Origin: Candidatus Eiseniibacteriota bacterium
GTDB taxonomy: Bacteria; Eisenbacteria; RBG-16-71-46; CAIMUX01; VGJL01
Assembly: GCA_041946735.1 (NCBI GenBank)
Contig: JBHGAY010000015.1
Location: forward strand, 1-64,000
DNA: 64,000 bases
Direction of reading: 5' to 3'
Shown: positions 8,318-18,371 of the stretch, one piece after another
Numbering within the stretch: the first letter of the stretch is position 1
How the letters are laid out: each line of letters begins with the position of its first letter
Program-made: the position numbers and the translations under genes
The notes under the pieces: generated by a model
Databases searched by the model: none
What the model saw: only the letters and a program-made list of their open reading frames with translations
What the model was told of the DNA's origin: nothing

Positions 8318-10588
8318 TCAGGGCTGAACGAGGTACTGGAGCTTCAGGAAGATTTGCTGCCGGGTATGGAGGGGATCCCCTTCTTTGCGCAAATCGGCGT
8401 AACGCTCGGTCCAGCCGACGTAGAACATCGTGAAGGGATTCACCTTGTACGTGAGGAGCGGCTCGAGCGCGAGCGCGTCGTCGAATCGGTCGTACTCGAC
8501 GACCAGGCGAAGGAATGCGCGCCGCGTGAACTGATAGCTCGCGCGCGTCCGCAAAAGGTATCCGTCGAACAACGTCGCCGTGTCGCCCGGGTCGCGCATT
8601 CGCGACCACGCGTAGGACGGTTCGATCAAGATGCGGCCGGACGGGCGCACGCTCGCCCACAGCTCCAGATCGGTGCTGCGTCCGAGCACCGGAGGGTCTG
8701 TGAATCGCGCGATCGTCCGCCCCTTGCGGAACTCGAGGCCTCCCTGGATTGCCGCGGAGTACTGCGTCTCGACGTTCAGCTCGGCACGCCGGATGCCGTC
8801 GAAGACGATGCCGCCGAATCGCTCGCTGCTCCATACGCCACTCACCGAGACCGTCGTCTGTCCCACGAGCCCCAGCTCCAGCTCCGGCACCAGCCACTCG
8901 TCTTTCCTCACGTTGCGGAAGTTCCAGACCCGCGCGATGTCGACCGAGGGGGTGACGCGCTGCACCACCTTCCCCGTCGGGCGGAAGAAGAGGCCGTTCC
9001 AGAACTCGATCTGGCGGATGTCGTTGCGGCCGAGCGAGCCGTTGGCGACGCGGAAGGTGGGACTGTTCTCGCTGAGCGTGAAGTTCGCGTTCCAGAGGCG
9101 CGCGTCGCGGCCCACGGAGGCGTAGAGCGAGCGGCCATCGTACCGCTCCCCGTCGAGGATGGCGGTGCGGCGGCCGTCATCGAAGGTCAGCCCCTCGAGG
9201 CCGGCGCTCGCAAGCGTATCGTGGGGCTCCGCGGTGCGGCTACCGGCCCCCTGGAAGGAGAACCGGTAGTTGTGGAAGAAGCGGAACGAGCCGTCGAGCG
9301 AGGCGAGCGCGCCGTACGACTCGTCGTCCCACCGCCGGTGCGTGAGGAGCGCGCCGACGAACGACTCCTCGCCGAGGCTCCGCCGGTAGCGGGCGATGTT
9401 CGAGATGCTCTCGTCGGTCCAGAGCATGCTGCTCTGCTCCTCGAACGGCACGACGAGAGGCGCTTCGCGATCACGCGCTCCGATCCAGGCGAAGCTCGAT
9501 CTCGCCGCGCGATTCGTCGCGCGGGCAGCGAAGATCGGATCGTGGATCGTCCGGGTGTAGACGCCGGGGACGTAGGTCTCGAAGAGATCCTGTCCCTCCT
9601 GGAAGAAGGGGCGCTTTTCCGGATAGAAGATCGCGAAGGTGCTGTTCACGTCGATCTCGGTCGCGTCCGATTCCACCTGGCTGAAGTCCGGGTTTGCCGT
9701 GGCCTCGAGCGACAAGCTCGACGAGGGAGCCCAGCGTGCGCCGAGCGAAGCCTCGACGTCCCCTTCGGCCGCGTCGAGGCCGGAGGCGGCGTTCTCGGGA
9801 TCGCGCAGCTCGCGGCCCTCGCGCGCGACGAGCGAGGGGAGCAGCTCGATCGTGCCGGCCTGCCGGACCTCGTCGATCCCGGTGAGCGTCCCGAAGTTGC
9901 AGGCCCAGCATGGCTCGTCACGGTCGATCGCCGCCCACGAGTACCGGCAGCGGCTCTCGCGCGGACGGTTGCGCCAGAAGGTGGCGCGCCAGCTCTGCGA
10001 CACCTGCTCGGGGAACCGGAGGCTGCGGAACGGCACGGCCACTTCGACCTGGAATCCCTCCGGCGTGACCCTCCCCATCGAGCGCCAGACGATGTCGAAC
10101 TGGAGGTCCTCCTCGCCATTGGACATCCAGCGCAGATCTCCCTGGATTCCGAGGGGATTGACGAAGAGCTCGTACGCCCACGCGCCGGCTCCGAATGTGT
10201 CGAGAATGATCCCGATGTAGTCGTCCGCCCAGATGGCGTCGCGGTCGTGGAGCCCCGCTCGCACCTCGGCCGGGTCGTCTTTGGCCAGGTACGCGAAGTA
10301 GAGCGCCTCGTCGTCGTAGGCGACCCAGACCTCGGTGTCCACGGGAGGCTCGACGTTGTCGCCTGGATCGGTTTCCGAGAAACCCGCGGCGCGGGCGGCG
10401 CCGGCCCAACCGGGATCGTCGAGCGAGCCGTCGATCCGGATCGTACCGGCGGCACGCGGGATGGCGAGCGTCGGGCGGAACGCGGGCTGGAAGCCCATGT
10501 CGGCGCCGGCATCGCCGGCGAGCGCGAATGCGGGGGCAAAGGGGAGCAAGAGCGCGATGCGGGCGAGCAGGAGGAGGCAGAGACTCAT
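8318..10588 (-). CDS. Secreted/outer-membrane protein with CBM9-like and DUF5916-like domains
   Basis: Signal peptide; IRIDGSLDDPGW, TEVWVAYDDEALY, NPDFSQVESD, FYPEKRPFF; beta-barrel-like C-terminus IFLKLQYL. Confidence 0.85.
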   Translation of the reverse strand: MSLCLLLLARIALLLPFAPAFALAGDAGADMGFQPAFRPTLAIPRAAGTIRIDGSLDDPGWAGAARAAGFSETDPGDNVEPPVDTEVWVAYDDEALYFAYLAKDDPAEVRAGLHDRDAIWADDYIGIILDTFGAGAWAYELFVNPLGIQGDLRWMSNGEEDLQFDIVWRSMGRVTPEGFQVEVAVPFRSLRFPEQVSQSWRATFWRNRPRESRCRYSWAAIDRDEPCWACNFGTLTGIDEVRQAGTIELLPSLVAREGRELRDPENAASGLDAAEGDVEASLGARWAPSSSLSLEATANPDFSQVESDATEIDVNSTFAIFYPEKRPFFQEGQDLFETYVPGVYTRTIHDPIFAARATNRAARSSFAWIGARDREAPLVVPFEEQSSMLWTDESISNIARYRRSLGEESFVGALLTHRRWDDESYGALASLDGSFRFFHNYRFSFQGAGSRTAEPHDTLASAGLEGLTFDDGRRTAILDGERYDGRSLYASVGRDARLWNANFTLSENSPTFRVANGSLGRNDIRQIEFWNGLFFRPTGKVVQRVTPSVDIARVWNFRNVRKDEWLVPELELGLVGQTTVSVSGVWSSERFGGIVFDGIRRAELNVETQYSAAIQGGLEFRKGRTIARFTDPPVLGRSTDLELWASVRPSGRILIEPSYAWSRMRDPGDTATLFDGYLLRTRASYQFTRRAFLRLVVEYDRFDDALALEPLLTYKVNPFTMFYVGWTERYADLRKEGDPLHTRQQIFLKLQYLVQP

Positions 10589-10673
10589 CCCGTTCCCTCG
10601 CGTCGCCGGGCGACGGGGCTTCAGGTTCGCATCCCTTTCCAGCGCGCGGAACGTCTCGGATCTCTCGCGCGGA

Positions 10674-11300
10674 TCATCGCCAGCACGCTTTGATCTGTCC
10701 CCACGTCGTCGATTCCGTGGCCGGCGCCTTCGACCTGATCGGCCGGTCGACCCACTTCAGGATCCGCCACTCGCCCCCGATCTGCAGCAGATACAGGTCC
10801 GCCTGCTCGCCCTCCACCAGGTATCGCAGCTGCTCTCCGGACGTGGCCTTTCTCGCGTCAACAGCGATGTAGAACGCCGTCAGCAGCACCTTCATCGACC
10901 CCTGGGCCACGTCGTCGCTCGGCACGGGCTCGCCGGCCTGGAAGCTGAGCCGTACTGAATCGGCAAGGTAGCCGTCGTGGTTCGGCTTGCCCCGGAACAT
11001 CGAGCCGATCGCCGCGACGTCATCGTCCCTCCCCCACGACGGCGGGATGTTGTCGTCTCCGCCGACGTCGTTAGGGTCGAAGACGAACTCGAACCCGGGA
11101 GCGAGACGATCCGCGTAGCCGGTCGAATCCCTCGCAACGATGGCGGTTCGCAGGTTGACGAGGACGTTCGGGATCGACGTGTCGGAGAGGTACGGCCCCT
11201 CGTCGTCGGGCGGCTTCGTCGTCTTGTCATTGCACGAGGTGAGCGGCAAGAGAGCGAGGAGCAGGCAGAGAGACACGCAGAAGATCGCGAGGAAACGCAT
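10674..11300 (-). CDS. Lipoprotein (possible NTF2/SnoaL-like fold) with a C-terminal TTWGQIK motif
   Basis: Lipobox LTSC after a hydrophobic stretch; ends STTWGQIKACWR. Confidence 0.8.
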   Translation of the reverse strand: MRFLAIFCVSLCLLLALLPLTSCNDKTTKPPDDEGPYLSDTSIPNVLVNLRTAIVARDSTGYADRLAPGFEFVFDPNDVGGDDNIPPSWGRDDDVAAIGSMFRGKPNHDGYLADSVRLSFQAGEPVPSDDVAQGSMKVLLTAFYIAVDARKATSGEQLRYLVEGEQADLYLLQIGGEWRILKWVDRPIRSKAPATESTTWGQIKACWR

Positions 11301-11488
11301 TGCTTGCGGCCATCCTTTCTCGGTATCCGTGGTGCGCCACGCGCGAGGCGCATCGATCTCTTCGGCCCAGGATTCTAGCAGGCCGCTCGCCGGCGATCGA
11401 GCGTCGGGTGGCGGGCCGCCGTGGTACGATCGCCGGTCGGCGCCTCCCTCGCGAAGGCGATCGGAGGGTAGGCCGAGCACGGAGGAGT

Positions 11489-11866
11489 ATGGACCGGTCC
11501 CGCCTCGTCTACTCGACCCGCGAGGGGAAGATCTGCCCCGATTGCGGCAAGCCGGTCGCCTCGTGCGCATGCCCGCGCGGGCGGAAGGCGGCGCGCCCGG
11601 CCCCGCAGCATGCCGCCGGCGCGGGCGACGGCGTGGCGCGCGTCCGCCGTGAGGTGAAGGGGCGGGGAGGCAAGACGGTCACGACGATCTCCGGCCTGCC
11701 GCTCGGCGACGGCGACCTCGCTGCGCTCGCCGCCGACCTCAAGCGCCGCTTCGGCACCGGCGGCTCCCACAAGGACGGGATCATCGTGATCCAGGGCGAC
11801 CACGCGGACGAGATTGTTGCGGAGCTCGAGCGGCGCGGCCACAGGGCGAAACGGGCCGGCGGATGA
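11489..11866 (+). CDS. yciH: SUI1/eIF1-like translation initiation factor
   Basis: SRLVYST, CPDC..CAC, RREVKGRGGKTVTTISGL, LKRRFGTGG, IQGDH; SD GGAGG. Confidence 0.93.
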   Translation: MDRSRLVYSTREGKICPDCGKPVASCACPRGRKAARPAPQHAAGAGDGVARVRREVKGRGGKTVTTISGLPLGDGDLAALAADLKRRFGTGGSHKDGIIVIQGDHADEIVAELERRGHRAKRAGG

Positions 11867-11909
11867 GCGCGGCGCCGTCCCGTAGTCCCCGCGTCCCGGA
11901 GCGACGGAC

Positions 11910-12632
11910 TTGACCGCCGCGTCGCAGCTCGCGATCCACTGCGTGCTCCACGATCCCTTCGAGGGACTCGGGAGCATCGAGGCCTGGGTGGCGGGGCGCG
12001 GTCACCGGATCTTCTGCCATCGCCTGTACGCGGGGGAGCCGTTCCCCGATCCCGCTCGGATCGATCTGCTCGTCCTGATGGGCGGGCCGATGGGCGCCGT
12101 CGACGAGGCGGCCCATCCCTGGCTCGCCGGCGAGAAGCGCTTCCTCGACCGCGCGCTCGCGTCCCGCACACGCATTCTCGGAATCTGCCTGGGCGCGCAG
12201 CTTCTCGCCGAGCGGCTCGGCTCCCGCGTCTATCGGAACGCCACCTCGGAGATCGGGTGGTTCCCGATCCGCAAGAGCGGCGGCGCGGAGATCTCCCGCT
12301 TTGCGAACGCGTTTCCCGAGGAGATGACGGTCTTCCACTGGCACAAGGACACGTTCGACCTTCCGGCGGGCGCGGTCCACCTGGCGCGCAGCGCGGCCTG
12401 CATGAATCAAGGCTTTCTCTACGCGGAACGTGTCGCCGCGATCCAGTTCCACCTGGAGTCGACCCGCGAGACGATCCAACTCCTGCTCGATCACCTCCCG
12501 CGCGATCTCTCGCCCGGACCGAACGTGCAAACGCGCGAGCGGATGCTGTCGCCGCGCAATCCGTTCCTCGAGCTGCGGAACGTGCAGTTCCGCCTGCTGG
12601 ACCGGATGGTCGAAGGGCTAGCGGTTCGCTGA
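11910..12632 (+). CDS. Class I glutamine amidotransferase-like protein
   Basis: MGGPMG, LGICLGAQL, FHWHKDTF, QFHLE. Confidence 0.9.
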   Translation: MTAASQLAIHCVLHDPFEGLGSIEAWVAGRGHRIFCHRLYAGEPFPDPARIDLLVLMGGPMGAVDEAAHPWLAGEKRFLDRALASRTRILGICLGAQLLAERLGSRVYRNATSEIGWFPIRKSGGAEISRFANAFPEEMTVFHWHKDTFDLPAGAVHLARSAACMNQGFLYAERVAAIQFHLESTRETIQLLLDHLPRDLSPGPNVQTRERMLSPRNPFLELRNVQFRLLDRMVEGLAVR

Positions 12633-12653
12633 AAGCGGGAGGATAGGAGACGC

Positions 12654-13460
12654 ATGGCGCACAACGAGTACAACGCGACGGTCGTCCAGCGGGTCGAGGT
12701 GGCTCCCGGTCTCGTCATTCTCCGCGTGGTGCCCGATCATCCGATCACGTTCGAGCCGGGACAGTACACGGTGCTCGGGCTCAAACGTTCTGCGCCGCGC
12801 GTCGTCGAGTCGGAGGTGGAGGAGCCGCAGGAGGATCCCGAGAAGATGATCCGCCGCGCGATGTCGATCGCCTCCTCGAGCAAGTCCGGGGAGTACCTCG
12901 AGTTCTATCTCACGCTCGTCGGCAGCGGGGAGCTGTCGCCACGATTGTTCAACCTGCGGATCAAGGACCGCCTCTACGTGGGGCCGAAGGCGACCGGGAT
13001 CTTCACGCTCGAGCGCGTTCCCGCCGGCCACCACGCGTTGCTCGTCGCGACCGGGACCGGGCTCGCCCCGTACATGAGCATGCTGCGCTCCGAGCTCGTC
13101 TGCGGCGGGGCTCGGCGCTTCGTCGTCCTGCACGGGGCGCGCTACTCGTGGGACCTCGGCTACCGGACCGAGTTGATCTCCCTCGACCGCCTCTGCCCGA
13201 ACATGACCTACATCCCGGCGATCTCCCGTCCGCAGGAGGATCCGACCTGGAAGGGAAGGAGCGGCTACCTCCAGGACGTCCTGTTCTCCGGCGTCGTGGA
13301 GGAGCTGACCGGCTTGCCCCTGACTCCCGACACCTTCCACGTCTTCCTGTGCGGCAATCCGGGAATGATCGACGCGGCGAAGGCGGGTTTGATCACACGC
13401 GGCTTCGCCTGCGACAAGGGCCGGGAGATCGGCACCATCCACATGGAGGAGTACTGGTAG
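12654..13460 (+). CDS. fpr: Ferredoxin/flavodoxin-NADP+ reductase
   Basis: FEPGQY, RRAMSIASS, GELSPRL, ATGTGLAPY, CGNPGM, C-terminal EEYW. Confidence 0.9.
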   Translation: MAHNEYNATVVQRVEVAPGLVILRVVPDHPITFEPGQYTVLGLKRSAPRVVESEVEEPQEDPEKMIRRAMSIASSSKSGEYLEFYLTLVGSGELSPRLFNLRIKDRLYVGPKATGIFTLERVPAGHHALLVATGTGLAPYMSMLRSELVCGGARRFVVLHGARYSWDLGYRTELISLDRLCPNMTYIPAISRPQEDPTWKGRSGYLQDVLFSGVVEELTGLPLTPDTFHVFLCGNPGMIDAAKAGLITRGFACDKGREIGTIHMEEYW

Positions 13461-13561
13461 GCGATAGCTCGCGGCGCACTCGGCCGGGGCGCGCGGCGGG
13501 GCGGCGCAGCGCGGGGCAGCGCAGGGCGGCGCCCGACTACCTGACCGATTGCGTCTGCCCC

Positions 13562-13655
13562 GCCGCGCGGCGCCGGGCCGCGCCGGGATCTGTGCGCGCG
13601 GCTGCACGGCGCCGGGCCACGCCGGGATGTGTGCGCCCCGCCGCACGGCGCCGCA
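13562..13655. repeat. 39-bp intergenic tandem repeat (about 2.4 copies) between convergent genes
   Basis: gccgcgcggcgccgggccgcgccgggatctgtgcgcgcg / gctgcacggcgccgggccacgccgggatgtgtgcgcccc / gccgcacggcgccgc. Confidence 0.75.
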
Positions 13656-13677
13656 ACCGCCCAGCTCCGGCGGCTAC

Positions 13678-14322
13678 CTACGGCGTCTCGTGCCGCATCT
13701 GCCGCCAGCAGCTCCAGCCCTGGTCCACCCAACGGATCAACTTCCAGCTCCCGCCCGGAACGTTCTGCCCATGAGGATCGGTCGAGAGGAAGTACAGGCG
13801 CTGCGGGCCCGCGAGCGACAGGACGGAGACCGAATCGGTCTCCGTATTGCGGAGGTCGATCGCGAGGAAGGCGTAGACCTGGATCTGGCGCATCGCCGGC
13901 TTTCCCGGAACGGCGGATACCTGAGGCTCGTGGTGCGTGATCCGGACCTCTTCGACGACGTACCCGTCTTTGTAGGGACGGAACGCGTAGAAGTCATCGA
14001 AGAACTGCAGCTCATCGTGGCGGTCCCAGTCGTAGTCGTACGTGCAATTGCCGCCCGGTTCGGCGTCGTAGACGAACTCCGGGTCGAGGAGCCTCTCGTA
14101 GCTCGTCCGATCCCCGGCGCGGAGCGCCGCGAAGATCGCGTTCATCGTCCCTTCGGGGGTCTGCACGAACGGGGAGCCGCCGGCGCCTGTCGGCGGATCG
14201 TCGTCGCCGCACGAAATCGAAAGAACGGCCGGAAGCGCGCAGGCAAGGAGGACGCACATCAAGCGCAGTCGTCGACGCGGTCGGGGTAGCGTGCGTGGAG
14301 CAGGAGCCGGAAGGCGTTCCAT
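13678..14322 (-). CDS. Lipoprotein, probable paralogue of 10674-11300
   Basis: Lipobox SISC; ALRAGDRTSYERLLDPEF and WKLIRWVD align with AIVARDSTGYADRLAPGF and WRILKWVD; SD AAGGAGG. Confidence 0.75.
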   Translation of the reverse strand: MERLPAPAPRTLPRPRRRLRLMCVLLACALPAVLSISCGDDDPPTGAGGSPFVQTPEGTMNAIFAALRAGDRTSYERLLDPEFVYDAEPGGNCTYDYDWDRHDELQFFDDFYAFRPYKDGYVVEEVRITHHEPQVSAVPGKPAMRQIQVYAFLAIDLRNTETDSVSVLSLAGPQRLYFLSTDPHGQNVPGGSWKLIRWVDQGWSCWRQMRHETP

Positions 14323-14397
14323 GCGACCTCCTTCGCGTTTGCGCCGCACGGTGCGTGGCCGGCGCCTTGCTCCCCGGCGGAAGAGGACGAGACAATC

Positions 14398-15270
14398 CTA
14401 CCGCTCCCCCGGCGGGGGCGAAAGGGGGGAGCTGGGTGCGACCACGGGGGTCGTAGCGCGATAAGTCAACCCGAGCAGCACGCTGGGCGTCCGGTCGGTG
14501 AAGCTCGCGTGACCCCCGCGCGCGACCGGCACGTCGATCGAGGAGATCGTAGAGAGCGCCGCGAGCCACACGCCGACACGGGAGAACGGGAAGACGCGGA
14601 TCGTCGCCGAGCCGACGAAACCGACGCCGCCGAAGTCGTAGCGCTCGCGCAGCCGCTCACCGCCGACAGTGTTCTCCGGGTGACCGAGGACGGGCCCGAC
14701 GCCGACGCCTCCCTGCACCTGGACACGTCCGATCGGCCATGCATCCGAACGCGGCCCCAACCCCTTGCGCACCGCGACGCCGAGCGCGAGGTAGTTCAGT
14801 CCGTGCGAGATGGAGAAGCTCTGGACCACCGCCTGCACCGGTGTCGGCTCGTCGACGATCGTGCCGCTGATCGTGCCGTCGATCCGCTTCGTCTCCTCGG
14901 TTCGGGCATAGAGCTTCGCGTGGACGAAGTCGAGCGTGAAGCCGACCCACGGCGCCGCGCGCAGGAAGTAGGAAGCGCCGAGGAAATAGAACGGCGGATC
15001 GTCGAGCGAGCGATCGTCGAAGGCGAGATCGCGGATCGTGAAGTCGTTGTCCAACTCCCGCTGCTCGATCGAGAGGTTTGACGACTGCGGGAACGACTCG
15101 CCGATCCCGGCGTCGAGGAGGATCTCGCCGATCGCGTGGGCGGGCGGGGGCGGGCCGAGCGCCAGAACGAGCATAGCGGCGGTCGCGAGAGCCCAGCAGC
15201 GAGCCCGGCGCGACCGCGCCCGCTCCGTCCTCCGGTCGGGACTGCTACGATCCAGGCATGTCCGGTGCAT
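14398..15270 (-). CDS. Hypothetical outer-membrane beta-barrel protein
   Basis: Signal peptide ending AHA; alternating amphipathic strands (FSISHGLNY, VLLGLTYR); start may lie downstream. Confidence 0.65.
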   Translation of the reverse strand: MHRTCLDRSSPDRRTERARSRRARCWALATAAMLVLALGPPPPAHAIGEILLDAGIGESFPQSSNLSIEQRELDNDFTIRDLAFDDRSLDDPPFYFLGASYFLRAAPWVGFTLDFVHAKLYARTEETKRIDGTISGTIVDEPTPVQAVVQSFSISHGLNYLALGVAVRKGLGPRSDAWPIGRVQVQGGVGVGPVLGHPENTVGGERLRERYDFGGVGFVGSATIRVFPFSRVGVWLAALSTISSIDVPVARGGHASFTDRTPSVLLGLTYRATTPVVAPSSPLSPPPGER

Positions 15271-15551
15271 CGAGCGACTCCTCCGCGCCGCACGCGTCGG
15301 ATCCGCCGGCGCCTGCGCGCGATCCGGCCGAGGAGCGACGGATCGAGGAGATCCAGCGCGCCTCCGACCGCGTCGTCGCCTTGATCCTATTCTCGGATCT
15401 CCCGCTCATCGACATCCGGTTGGCCGCGGCCGACGTCCGCCGCCTCTGCCAGCGCCTCTTCCCTGATCGGGCGTATCTATACGAATGGATCTACGCCCGC
15501 CGCTTCCGACGGCTGTGGCAGCAATGGCGGGGCGAGGAAGAGTGGAAGTGA
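15258..15551 (+). CDS. Small helical hypothetical protein
   Basis: Globular-looking composition (LFPDRAYLYEWIYARRFRRLWQQWR); fills the gap between two minus-strand genes. Confidence 0.6.
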   Translation: MSGASSDSSAPHASDPPAPARDPAEERRIEEIQRASDRVVALILFSDLPLIDIRLAAADVRRLCQRLFPDRAYLYEWIYARRFRRLWQQWRGEEEWK

Positions 15552-15672
15552 TCGAAGCGGTTGCCGGCTTTCCGTGCATGACAAATCGGTTGACCCAGCA
15601 TGCACCCGCACATCCGCGCCATCCCATCTGAGAACGATGGAATGGCGCAACGAAGACGGAAGAAAATCGGTT

Positions 15673-16611
15673 CTAGCGCTGAGCGGAACCGGCCCCCGCC
15701 GACGATCCGCCCGTCCGCCCGCTGGACTCCCTGCGCACCGGAACGAGCGCCGGAGATGTCTTCTCGTCGAGACCGAGCACCGTGACGAGGTCCGAGTTCC
15801 CCGGGATCACATACTTCACGTTCTGCGCGAGGGTCGCCTGCAGAACGTCGAGTTGCTTCGAGAGCGCCGCGCGATCGTGGAAGAACTGCTCGGTCGCGGT
15901 CGAGATCATCTCGATCGCCTTTGCCTCCGCAGTGGCGCGCGTCAGCCGCGCCTGCGCGTCTCCCTCGGCCTTCAGGATCTCGGCCTGCTTGAACCCCTCG
16001 GCGCGCAGGATCTCGCTCTGCCGCACCCCTTCCGACTCGAGGATCAGGGCTCGTTTGTCGCGCTCCGCCTTCATCTGGCGGCTCATCGCCTCGGTGATGT
16101 CGACGGGCGGATCGATCTTCTGCACCTCGACGCGCGTCACTTTCACACCCCAGGTGTTCGTAGCCTCGTCGAGGACGGCTCGCAGGTTCGTGTTGATCAT
16201 GTCGCGCGCGATCAAGGTTTCGTCGAGCGTCTTGTCGCCGATCAGATTCCTCAAGTTGGTCTGGGCGAGGGTGGTGGCGGCGAGGCCGAAATGCTGCACC
16301 TCGAAGACGGCGCGCACCGGATCGACGACGCGGTAGTAGATCACCGCGTCGACGGTGACCGTCACGTTGTCGCGCGTGATGACCTTCTGCGGTTCGACAT
16401 TGATCACCTGCTCGCGCATGTCGACCTTGATCAGCTCGTCGACCAGCGGCGTCAGGAACGTGAGCCCCGAGCTCGCCGTCGCGTGATACTTGCCGAGGCG
16501 CAGGACGAGCCCCTTCTCGTACTGCGAGACGATCCGCGCGCTCCTGGCGAGGATGATCAGGAGCACGAAGGCGAAGAAACCGACGATGATCAGGGTCGCG
16601 TTATGGCTCAT
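15673..16611 (-). CDS. SPFH/band 7 (QmcA-like) protein
   Basis: N-terminal TM; VITRDNVTVTVDAVIYY, WGVKVTRVE, MSRQMKAERDKRA; start overlaps the nfeD stop. Confidence 0.93.
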   Translation of the reverse strand: MSHNATLIIVGFFAFVLLIILARSARIVSQYEKGLVLRLGKYHATASSGLTFLTPLVDELIKVDMREQVINVEPQKVITRDNVTVTVDAVIYYRVVDPVRAVFEVQHFGLAATTLAQTNLRNLIGDKTLDETLIARDMINTNLRAVLDEATNTWGVKVTRVEVQKIDPPVDITEAMSRQMKAERDKRALILESEGVRQSEILRAEGFKQAEILKAEGDAQARLTRATAEAKAIEMISTATEQFFHDRAALSKQLDVLQATLAQNVKYVIPGNSDLVTVLGLDEKTSPALVPVRRESSGRTGGSSAGAGSAQR

Positions 16612-17078
16612 CACGCACCTCCGCCGGACGATCCCGGCTGCTCGGGGACGACGTAGAGGGTCACACCGTCGATTCGCGTCACGCGCGCGCGCGATCCGGG
16701 CTCGATCGGACCTCGGACCCCCGCGTCGAGGCAGGCCCTCCATTCCTCCCCCTCGGTCCGGATCCGACCGGGCCGATCGGAACTGATCGTCTCGACGACC
16801 TGCACGGTCTTGCCGAGGATCGCGTCGGTGTTCGTCGCCAGCCCGCCGCGGCCCCAGCGATTCCGGATGCGGCGGCGGCCGGCGAAGACGTAGAGGAGCG
16901 AGAGGATTCCGCCTGCGGCGACGCCGATCGCCGCCGACTTCGTGAGCAGGCCGAGGACTCCGCCGAGGAGGATCGCCGACCCGATCAAGAGGAAGTCGAA
17001 GCCGGTCACCGCGCCGAGGACGACCTCGATCAGGATCAGGACCGCTCCTGCGATGACGAGCAGCCAGTTCACCATCAT
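16611..17078 (-). CDS. NfeD family membrane protein
   Basis: TM helices plus OB domain (GRIRTEGEEWRA...VTRIDGVTLYV); classic partner of SPFH genes. Confidence 0.88.
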   Translation of the reverse strand: MMVNWLLVIAGAVLILIEVVLGAVTGFDFLLIGSAILLGGVLGLLTKSAAIGVAAGGILSLLYVFAGRRRIRNRWGRGGLATNTDAILGKTVQVVETISSDRPGRIRTEGEEWRACLDAGVRGPIEPGSRARVTRIDGVTLYVVPEQPGSSGGGA

Positions 17079-17261
17079 CGTCCCTCCTGTACAGGGGGTG
17101 GAAACTGGCGAAAACGCTACGGCCAGCCGGGAGGAGGGTCAAGCGAACTCGGCCACAATCGTTCGTGGCGAAGCGGCCTCGGGACTGGCAGAATCGGCGG
17201 GCAAGACGGCGAGAGGGCGCGCCTCGCGTGCGATTGCCGGGCGCATCCGAGGGAGGCTCCG

Positions 17262-17879
17262 ATGTCCCATCCGTTTCTGATCGGCCGCCGGGTCCAGCTT
17301 CGCGCGATCGAGGAGGAGGACGCGCCGGCGTACGTCGAGTGGCTCAGCTCCCCGGACATGCGCGAGTTCCTGCTGATCCGCTTTCCGCAGACGACGCAGG
17401 GGGAGCGGGAGTGGATCGCGTCGATGCGCGGGAAGGAGAAGCCGCCGGCGAACCTGGTCTTCTCGATCGAACGCAAGAGCGACGGGCGTCACATCGGCTG
17501 CTGCGCCCTGCACCAGATCGACTGGGTCCACCGGCGGGCGATGACCGGCAGCTTCCTCGGGCCGCCGGCGTTGCGGGGCAAGGGGCTGGGGACCGAGGCG
17601 AAGAACCTGCTGCTCGACTACGCCTTCGGGGAGCTGGGCTTGCAGTCGATCTGGGCGATCGCCTTCGACCGGAATGCCGCCTCGCGCCGGGCGCTGGAGA
17701 AGCAGGGATACCGGGCGAGCGGCGTGTTCCGGAAGGCGTTCCTGGTCGGCGGCGAGTGGAGCGACGCCGTCTACTTCGACCTCCTGCGCGAGGAGTGGGC
17801 GGCGATGCGCGGGGCGAGGAAGGGAGCGGGAGGCGGCCAGGCGGCGCGAAGCGGCAGGAGGTCGGCGGGCCGGGCCTAG
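17262..17879 (+). CDS. GNAT N-acetyltransferase, RimJ/RimL family
   Basis: LIGRRVQLRAI, RGKGLGTEAK, AFDRNAASRRALEKQGY. Confidence 0.9.
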   Translation: MSHPFLIGRRVQLRAIEEEDAPAYVEWLSSPDMREFLLIRFPQTTQGEREWIASMRGKEKPPANLVFSIERKSDGRHIGCCALHQIDWVHRRAMTGSFLGPPALRGKGLGTEAKNLLLDYAFGELGLQSIWAIAFDRNAASRRALEKQGYRASGVFRKAFLVGGEWSDAVYFDLLREEWAAMRGARKGAGGGQAARSGRRSAGRA

Positions 17880-17946
17880 CTGGCCGAGCCCTGGACGGCG
17901 AGCGCTCGGCGGCGCGGATGCGGCGACCGCCCGACGGCGACGGAGG

Positions 17947-18368
17947 CGGCGACCGCCCGGCTGTCCGCGCGTTCGAAGCGACCGGCTGCGGGTGCCGGAG
18001 GCGTTGTCCCCGCGTTCTAAGTGACCGGCCGCGGTGCTGGACGCGTTGTGCCCGCGTTTGAAGCGGCCGGCAGCGGCGCCAGACGTGCTGCTCCCGCCTT
18101 CGACGTCCCCGGCACCGCTGGGCGAGCCATGATGCGGGCGCATCCTCCGCCATGCAGCGGTGCCGCACCCACCTGCTCTCCCGCACGATCAGGCGCGCAG
18201 CGCCGCCGGACGCATCGTCCCCGCGCATCGGTCCTCACGCAGCGCCAGCGGCCCCAGGATCCCGCCGGAAGTCCCGCTCAGCAGCACTGCGGGACGTATT
18301 GTCCCCGCTTTCGGTGCGCCATGCAGCGCTGCGGGACCTATTGTTCCCGTTTTCGGTGGTGCCAGCAG
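17947..18368 (+). repeat. Left arm of a degenerate 42-bp tandem array (10 units)
   Basis: Unit starts 17947, 17989, 18032, 18074, 18116, 18158, 18201, 18243, 18285, 18327; approximate consensus cgctgcgggacgca ttgtccc cgcgtttcggtgcgccatgcag; junction gcag|cg. Confidence 0.85.
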
Positions 18369-18371
18369 GAC

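Noticed and set aside
7418..10693. 1091-aa plus-strand ORF
   Set aside because: Antisense shadow of the DUF5916-like gene; Arg/Ala-rich with no motifs, typical of high-GC DNA.
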